Origin: a virus | Lineage: Duplodnaviria; Heunggongvirae; Uroviricota; Caudoviricetes | Strand: one strand, 5' to 3' | Virus record (IMG/VR): IMGVR_UViG_2585427758_000017 | Span: 1-3,518 of that record | DNA: 3,518 nt | Shown: positions 1 to 3,518 of the stretch, one piece after another | Layout: every line of letters begins with the position of its first letter | How positions within the stretch are numbered: position 1 is the stretch's first letter | Position numbers and translations under genes: made by a program | Notes under the pieces: model-generated | The model's database searches: none | What the model saw: the letters and a program-made list of their open reading frames with translations, nothing else | Told to the model about the DNA's origin: nothing

Positions 1-408
1 ATGATCACTATTACCAAAGGGCGACTGCTGACAATCAAGCAGTGGCGCGAAACATACGGACCGGGTAGCAACGTTGTACTGCCAGCAGAAGAAGCGGAAG
101 AACTGGCACGAATTGCACTGGTATCGCTGGAAGCAGAGCCGGTGGCAAAGATTATAGCTCATTACCCATTAGGAGTTGACGTAGGCAAACAAAAGTTCGT
201 ACAGGCCATTGGAGAGCTTCCTGACTTTGGCGGATATCTATTTGCCGCCCCTCCAGCGCCGATAGTGCCGGAAGAAGCAACTCCGGAAAACGTAGAAATG
301 CTCTCTGGCTATGTTTCCACGTACAAATTAACCGATAGCGAGCGCGATATTGCTGCCGAAATATGGAACGCCTGCCGCGCCGCTATGCTTCATGGGAAAG
401 GAGAGTGA
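1..408 (+). CDS. Hypothetical prophage accessory protein (135 aa), short paralogue of the 684..1427 gene
   Basis: ORF begins with ATG at base 1 and ends TGA 406..408. N-terminus MITITK matches MTTITK of the 684 gene, and both share an ELARIAL-SLEA-PV motif and a C-terminal module (PAPxVPEEATPENVEMLSGYVSTYKLTDSERDIAAEIWNACRAAML). No upstream sequence is available, so no RBS can be seen. Family not identified. Confidence 0.6.
   Translation: MITITKGRLLTIKQWRETYGPGSNVVLPAEEAEELARIALVSLEAEPVAKIIAHYPLGVDVGKQKFVQAIGELPDFGGYLFAAPPAPIVPEEATPENVEMLSGYVSTYKLTDSERDIAAEIWNACRAAMLHGKGE
247..392 (+). repeat. Copy A of a ~146-bp near-identical direct repeat (4 mismatches; 121-bp perfect core 263..383)
   Basis: Manual alignment at an offset of 671 bp: 247..392 against 918..1063. 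Mismatches are at 252, 262, 384 and 393. It encodes the shared C-terminal module of the two paralogues. Confidence 0.9.
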
Positions 409-409
409 T

Positions 410-673
410 ATGGCAACTTTAACAAAAAAAGAACGGGCATGGTTGAACGAATTACAGGACGTTCTTGATCGCTGCCCATCACCGAAAAAAATTGGTTTTT
501 ACACCATTGGCGATAAAAGCATTTACCTGTATGACCTGCGCCGCATGGATGAAATCATGGAGGCTCTTGATAATCGTTCGTCGATGGATTGGTGTGTTGC
601 TGTTCATGATATGAATGCAGGGTTTGATGAAAAGATTTTGTTCCCCTCATCAGTTGAAAGCACTGCGGGTTAA
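410..673 (+). CDS. Hypothetical small protein (87 aa, MATLTKKERAWLNELQDVLDRC...)
   Basis: ATG at 410 is preceded by an AAAGGAGAG Shine-Dalgarno (397..405) and lies 1 nt after the upstream stop (TGA-T-ATG). The ORF-track start at 350 has no RBS and overlaps the upstream gene, so 410 is preferred. Stop TAA 671..673. No recognisable family. Confidence 0.6.
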   Translation: MATLTKKERAWLNELQDVLDRCPSPKKIGFYTIGDKSIYLYDLRRMDEIMEALDNRSSMDWCVAVHDMNAGFDEKILFPSSVESTAG

Positions 674-677
674 GGAG
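672..677 (+). promoter_or_regulatory. Shine-Dalgarno AAGGAG for the 684..1427 CDS
   Basis: AAGGAG overlapping the upstream TAA stop, 6 nt before ATG 684. Confidence 0.7.
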
Positions 678-683
678 TAACAC

Positions 684-1427
684 ATGACCACTATTACCAA
701 AGAACGTATTGAATTGTTCATTAAAAATCCGCTTGAAAACGGGCTTACCCGTGGTGAACAAATGGAACTGGCACGGATTGCGCTGGCATCGCTGGAAGCA
801 GATCCAGTTAAACGAGTTAACTCAGATCAGATGCGCCGAGTCTGCTTAGAAGCTAATCGCCATTTAGATAAATATGACGCGATGGCGAAAGAGGTAAATA
901 AGTTGCTTGGACGCATCGCCCCGCCAGCGCCGGTAGTGCCGGAAGAAGCAACTCCGGAAAACGTAGAAATGCTCTCTGGCTATGTTTCCACGTACAAATT
1001 AACCGATAGCGAGCGCGATATTGCTGCCGAAATATGGAACGCCTGCCGCGCCGCCATGCTTCAGTCCGGAAACTTTCGGGAAAACAAGAATTCGTCAACC
1101 AATAATTTTCGGGAAATCGCGGAAACGTCAACCAACTATCCGGCAATTCCTAGTGAGGTGTTGTCCGCAATCCTGAAGGTTGCCAGGATTCGTGCCGATT
1201 TCGATGATTTTGACGGTGACAGGCGAGGTATCGGTGATTGTCTGGATGAGGCTGAGCAAGAGCTTATCGTTACCATTAACAAATATGCCAGTCAGTTGGC
1301 AGCAGAACCTATAGCGCCTAATGACGTTCGAGAGCAGACAGCCATTCCACAAGTTCCGGTAACTCCGGATGGTTGGATAAGCTGTAGTGAGCGAATGCCG
1401 GACGACAGGCAGGAGGTGAATCAATGA
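684..1427 (+). CDS. Hypothetical modular prophage protein (247 aa): N-terminal module paralogous to the 1..408 gene, internal tandem repeat linker, C-terminal region ending in a DUF551-like WIS..R.P motif
   Basis: ATG 684 is preceded by an AAGGAG Shine-Dalgarno (672..677) with a 6-nt spacer. It shares the 146-bp near-identical segment with the first gene. The C-terminal residues WISCSERMPDD resemble, from memory, the start of DUF551 found in lambdoid accessory proteins; this is not verified. Confidence 0.7.
   Translation: MTTITKERIELFIKNPLENGLTRGEQMELARIALASLEADPVKRVNSDQMRRVCLEANRHLDKYDAMAKEVNKLLGRIAPPAPVVPEEATPENVEMLSGYVSTYKLTDSERDIAAEIWNACRAAMLQSGNFRENKNSSTNNFREIAETSTNYPAIPSEVLSAILKVARIRADFDDFDGDRRGIGDCLDEAEQELIVTINKYASQLAAEPIAPNDVREQTAIPQVPVTPDGWISCSERMPDDRQEVNQ
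918..1063 (+). repeat. Copy B of the ~146-bp near-identical direct repeat (perfect core 934..1054)
   Basis: Same alignment as copy A. Flanking sequence diverges immediately on both sides. Confidence 0.9.
1071..1136 (+). repeat. In-frame tandem duplication, 2 x 33 bp (25/33 identical), encoding NFRENKNSSTN / NFREIAETSTN
   Basis: 1071..1103 aligns to 1104..1136 with conserved TTTCGGGAAA and CGTCAACCAA cores. It starts 8 bp after the end of the 146-bp repeat, inside the 684..1427 CDS. Confidence 0.8.
1411..1416 (+). promoter_or_regulatory. Shine-Dalgarno AGGAGG for the candidate micropeptide
   Basis: Exact AGGAGG, 7 nt upstream of ATG 1424. It lies inside the 3' end of the upstream CDS. Confidence 0.5.
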
Positions 1428-1507
1428 GCTGGCCTGATGCAATCGTAACTCTGGGGGTGGTATTCGCAGCAGCGTTTGTTGTGTTCTCGATTTGTCGATG
1501 GGGATAA
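1424..1507 (+). CDS. Candidate 27-aa hydrophobic micropeptide (MSWPDAIVTLGVVFAAAFVVFSICRWG), putative single-pass membrane peptide
   Basis: ATG 1424 is preceded by a perfect AGGAGG (1411..1416) with a 7-nt spacer, the strongest SD in the window. The start overlaps the upstream stop as ATGA. It has a 17-residue uninterrupted hydrophobic core followed by CRWG, and its TAA stop (1505..1507) sits 4 nt before the next ATG. It is absent from the ORF track only because of its length. Confidence 0.35.
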   Translation: MSWPDAIVTLGVVFAAAFVVFSICRWG

Positions 1508-1511
1508 CCAC

Positions 1512-1754
1512 ATGTTCGCTTTGATTCAACGCGGTCAGATATACACGGACAGAGCCGGATACCCCGTGGTGATTACTCGCATCACTGAGCACTCAGTGTT
1601 CTTTCGACGGATGGACGGACGATCCGGGCGGGTACGCATTGGTGAGTTAAACTGCCTGTTCGAACATATTGACCACCAGGAGTACCGCAAAATTCTCGCG
1701 GACACTGAGCAGGAAAAGCACCTGAAAAAATTACGAGCCATAAAAAGGAAGTAA
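1512..1754 (+). CDS. Small hypothetical prophage protein (80 aa, MFALIQRGQIYTDRAGYPVVITRITEHSVFFRRMDGRSGRVRIGELN...)
   Basis: The ORF-track entry 1476..1754 starts at a TTG with no RBS. The in-frame ATG at 1512 follows a GGGGA purine tract (1499..1503) and directly follows the micropeptide stop, so it is preferred. Resembles small proteins commonly found just upstream of xis in enterobacterial prophages (possibly DUF4222-type, unverified). Confidence 0.6.
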   Translation: MFALIQRGQIYTDRAGYPVVITRITEHSVFFRRMDGRSGRVRIGELNCLFEHIDHQEYRKILADTEQEKHLKKLRAIKRK

Positions 1755-1757
1755 AGA

Positions 1758-1904
1758 ATGAATAAAGCATTTGAACGATGGGTCCACCAGCGTTACGGCA
1801 ATCGCTATGACCTGACGCGAGATGTTGACGGCTTCTACTGTCGTGAAGTTGTGAAGCGAATGTTTGAAGTGTGTTGCCACTGCCGTGGGCTGAGTGTTGT
1901 GTGA
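1758..1904 (+). CDS. Small Cys-rich hypothetical protein (48 aa, MNKAFERWVHQRYGNRYDLTRDVDGFYCREVVKRMFEVCCHCRGLSVV)
   Basis: ATG 1758 is preceded by an AAGGAAG Shine-Dalgarno (1745..1751) with a 6-nt spacer and lies 3 nt after the upstream stop. Its TGA stop (1902..1904) overlaps the xis SD. It carries a C28-x10-C39-C40-H41-C42 cluster. It is below the ORF-track length threshold. Confidence 0.45.
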   Translation: MNKAFERWVHQRYGNRYDLTRDVDGFYCREVVKRMFEVCCHCRGLSVV

Positions 1905-1912
1905 GGTAATAC

Positions 1913-2149
1913 ATGGGCAATGTGATTCAACTGGCTCCCAATGAATGGGTTTGTGAAAGCGTTCTTATCGCAATTACCGGGCTCAAACCAGGCACAATTC
2001 TTCGGGCCCGGAAAGAATGCTGGATGGTTGGAAGAGAGTATATTCACGTATCACCAGACGGTAATCCAAAGCCTTCCAGTGAATGTATGTATAACAGAAA
2101 AGCAATAGATGCCTGGGTCGCCTCAATGAAAAACAAACAACCCAGGTGA
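1913..2149 (+). CDS. xis: Excisionase / recombination directionality factor (78 aa)
   Basis: Small basic protein immediately upstream of and co-oriented with the integrase. The sequence MGNVIQLAPNEWVCESVLIAITGLKPGTILRARKECWMVGREYIHVSPDGNPKPSS matches, from memory, the excisionase-like family of E. coli Rac/e14-type prophages. GAGGT SD 1903..1907. Confidence 0.8.
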   Translation: MGNVIQLAPNEWVCESVLIAITGLKPGTILRARKECWMVGREYIHVSPDGNPKPSSECMYNRKAIDAWVASMKNKQPR

Positions 2150-2194
2150 TTTAATATCATGAAATATGTAAGCTCGTATCGCTCTTGGGCGTCT

Positions 2195-2199
2195 GGAGG
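2195..2199 (+). promoter_or_regulatory. Shine-Dalgarno GGAGG for int
   Basis: GGAGG 5 nt upstream of ATG 2205. Confidence 0.7.
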
Positions 2200-2204
2200 T
2201 ATCG

Positions 2205-3518
2205 ATGGATAAAGTCAAATATCCAACAGGCGTCGAAAACCACGGCGGCACATTACGCATCTGGTTTAATTTTAAAGGTAAACGTGTCAGGGAAAATCTT
2301 GGTGTCCCTGACACTGCCAAGAACAGGAAGATCGCCGGGGAACTGCGGACATCAGTATGTTTTGCCATCCGCACAGGAAGCTTTGATTATGCTGCACAGT
2401 TCCCTGACTCCCCCAACCTTCAGGCTTTTGGGGTAAGTAAAAAAGAAATTACGGTGAAGGAACTTGAAGAAAAGTGGCTGGATCTGAAACGAATGGAAAT
2501 CTCTGCAAATGCATTCAATCGCTATGAATCCGTTGCAAGAACGATGGTTCCGAAAATTGGAGGCAGTAGACTGGTGTCATCGGTAACCAAAGAGGAATTG
2601 CTGTATATCAGGAAAGATTTGCTTACCGGGTATCAGAATTCAACGAAAAACAAAGCAGCAGCAAAAGGACGGAGCGTCGTTACTGTAAATTATTACATGA
2701 CGACAATCGCTGGAATGTTTCAGTTTGCTGCAGATCACGGTTACTTAGAAGCAAATCCCTTCCAGGGAATTAAGCCTCTTAAAAGAGCCAGGGCAGAGCC
2801 AGATCCGCTAACTCGTGACGAATTTATTCGCCTGATAGATGCTTGCCGACATCAGCAGACGAAAAACCTGTGGTCATTGGCTGTGTACACAGGAATGCGT
2901 CACGGTGAACTGGTCTCCCTGGCCTGGGAAGATATCGATCTGAAGGCAGGAACAATTACCATCAGGCGCAATTATACGAAACTTGGTGAGTTCACTCTAC
3001 CGAAAACTGAAGCAAGCACAAACAGGGTTGTGCACCTTATCCAGCCCGCTATCAGTGTCCTGAAAAATCAGGCTGAAATGACAAGACTGGGTAAGCAGTA
3101 CAACATCAAGGTGCAACTACGTGAATATGGACGTTCAGTGAACCATGAATGTACTTTCGTGTTTAACCCTCAAGTGGTTAGAAAAAGCGAACAGGTAGGT
3201 TTTGTCTACAAAGTCGATTCTGTAGGTGACTCATGGGAAACAGCCATTAAGCGTGCAGGGATCAGGCATCGAAAGGCATACCAGTCACGACACACTTATG
3301 CGTGCTGGTCATTATCTGCCGGAGCAAACCCAAGCTTCATTGCCAGCCAGATGGGCCATGCAAGTGCCCAGATGGTATTCAATGTATACGGAGCATGGAT
3401 GACTGACAGCAATGCAGAACAGATCGCAATGCTGAATCAGAAGCTGACAGATTATGTCCCAATGATGCCCCATAGTCACCAAAGTGACACCAGAGGCTTA
3501 TTAAAATCAGTAAGTTAA
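2205..3518 (+). CDS. int: Tyrosine recombinase, lambdoid phage integrase with N-terminal arm-binding domain (437 aa)
   Basis: GGAGG SD 2195..2199 with a 5-nt spacer. The N-terminus (HGGTLRIWFNFKGKRVRENLG) is arm-binding-like. Catalytic residues can be placed: Arg I R232 (2898..2900, TGMRHGE), Lys K267 (3003..3005, LPKTEA), Arg II R362 (3288..3290, SRHTYACW), His H385 (MGHAS) and nucleophile Tyr Y395 (3387..3389, NVYGAW). Resembles Rac IntR-type integrases from memory. Confidence 0.95.
   Translation: MDKVKYPTGVENHGGTLRIWFNFKGKRVRENLGVPDTAKNRKIAGELRTSVCFAIRTGSFDYAAQFPDSPNLQAFGVSKKEITVKELEEKWLDLKRMEISANAFNRYESVARTMVPKIGGSRLVSSVTKEELLYIRKDLLTGYQNSTKNKAAAKGRSVVTVNYYMTTIAGMFQFAADHGYLEANPFQGIKPLKRARAEPDPLTRDEFIRLIDACRHQQTKNLWSLAVYTGMRHGELVSLAWEDIDLKAGTITIRRNYTKLGEFTLPKTEASTNRVVHLIQPAISVLKNQAEMTRLGKQYNIKVQLREYGRSVNHECTFVFNPQVVRKSEQVGFVYKVDSVGDSWETAIKRAGIRHRKAYQSRHTYACWSLSAGANPSFIASQMGHASAQMVFNVYGAWMTDSNAEQIAMLNQKLTDYVPMMPHSHQSDTRGLLKSVS

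Noticed and set aside
350-409. Upstream start (ATG 350) for the 87-aa gene, as given in the ORF track
   Set aside because: It would overlap the upstream gene by 59 nt and has no RBS. ATG 410 is preceded by AAAGGAGAG and sits 1 nt after the upstream stop.
421-491. Two A7 homopolymer tracts (424..430 and 485..491) in the 87-aa gene as possible slippage or phase-variation sites
   Set aside because: Runs of seven A are common in Lys-rich AT-leaning coding sequence and neither shift leads into an extended alternative frame. There is no evidence of programmed frameshifting.
1071-1136. Possible CRISPR-like array, because of the 33-bp repeat length
   Set aside because: There are only two imperfect, directly abutting copies with no spacers, and they are in frame within a CDS. 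This is a coding tandem duplication, not a CRISPR array.
1476-1511. TTG start at 1476 for the 80-aa gene, as given in the ORF track
   Set aside because: There is no purine-rich RBS upstream of 1476 and it would overlap the micropeptide ORF. The in-frame ATG at 1512 directly follows the micropeptide stop and a GGGGA tract. N-terminal proteomics or homologue alignment would settle it.
1128-1592. 154-aa ORF on the minus strand (also minus-strand ORFs 555..761, 853..1146, 1535..1741, 1582..1920, 1835..2047 and 2123..2374)
   Set aside because: All lie antisense to plus-strand genes that have proper Shine-Dalgarno sites, operon-like spacing and recognisable products. None has a convincing RBS, and their translations are low-complexity or Arg/Ser/Cys-rich, as is typical for antisense frames. 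I treat them as spurious, although an antisense RNA opposite the micropeptide cannot be excluded from sequence alone.
2100-2204. Internal int promoter (analogue of lambda pI) in the 3' end of xis and the xis-int spacer
   Set aside because: I could not find a -35/-10 pair with acceptable spacing. TAATAT at 2152..2157 and TATGTA at 2165..2170 lack a plausible -35, and no TTGC-N6-TTGC CII-type site is evident. Not called.
2159-2212. 17-codon ORF (MKYVSSYRSWASGGIDG) in the xis-int spacer
   Set aside because: It has no RBS, its sequence is the integrase SD region read in another frame, and it overlaps the int start. Most likely fortuitous.
2185-2436. 83-aa plus-strand ORF overlapping the integrase in another frame
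   Set aside because: It starts at a TTG with no RBS and is wholly contained in the integrase 5' region, whose own frame has the GGAGG SD and recognisable arm-binding-domain sequence.

Overview
The window is one co-directional (+ strand) block of eight tightly packed genes from the integration end of a lambdoid enterobacterial prophage, ending in an excisionase (1913..2149) and a tyrosine integrase (2205..3518) whose stop codon is the last base of the window. Upstream of xis are six small accessory genes with Shine-Dalgarno sites and short or overlapping junctions, which suggests a single operon driven from a promoter upstream of the window. Two of these genes are mosaic paralogues that share a ~146-bp near-identical direct repeat. 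Two short ORFs below the ORF-track length cut-off look real: a 27-aa hydrophobic peptide behind a perfect AGGAGG (1424..1507) and a 48-aa Cys-rich protein (1758..1904). No tRNA, CRISPR array, attachment site or terminator is visible. All family assignments rest on reading the sequence and recalled motifs; no database search was run. I did not find a recognisable multi-gene defence system; the most likely place for novel biology is the micropeptide and the mosaic accessory genes upstream of xis.
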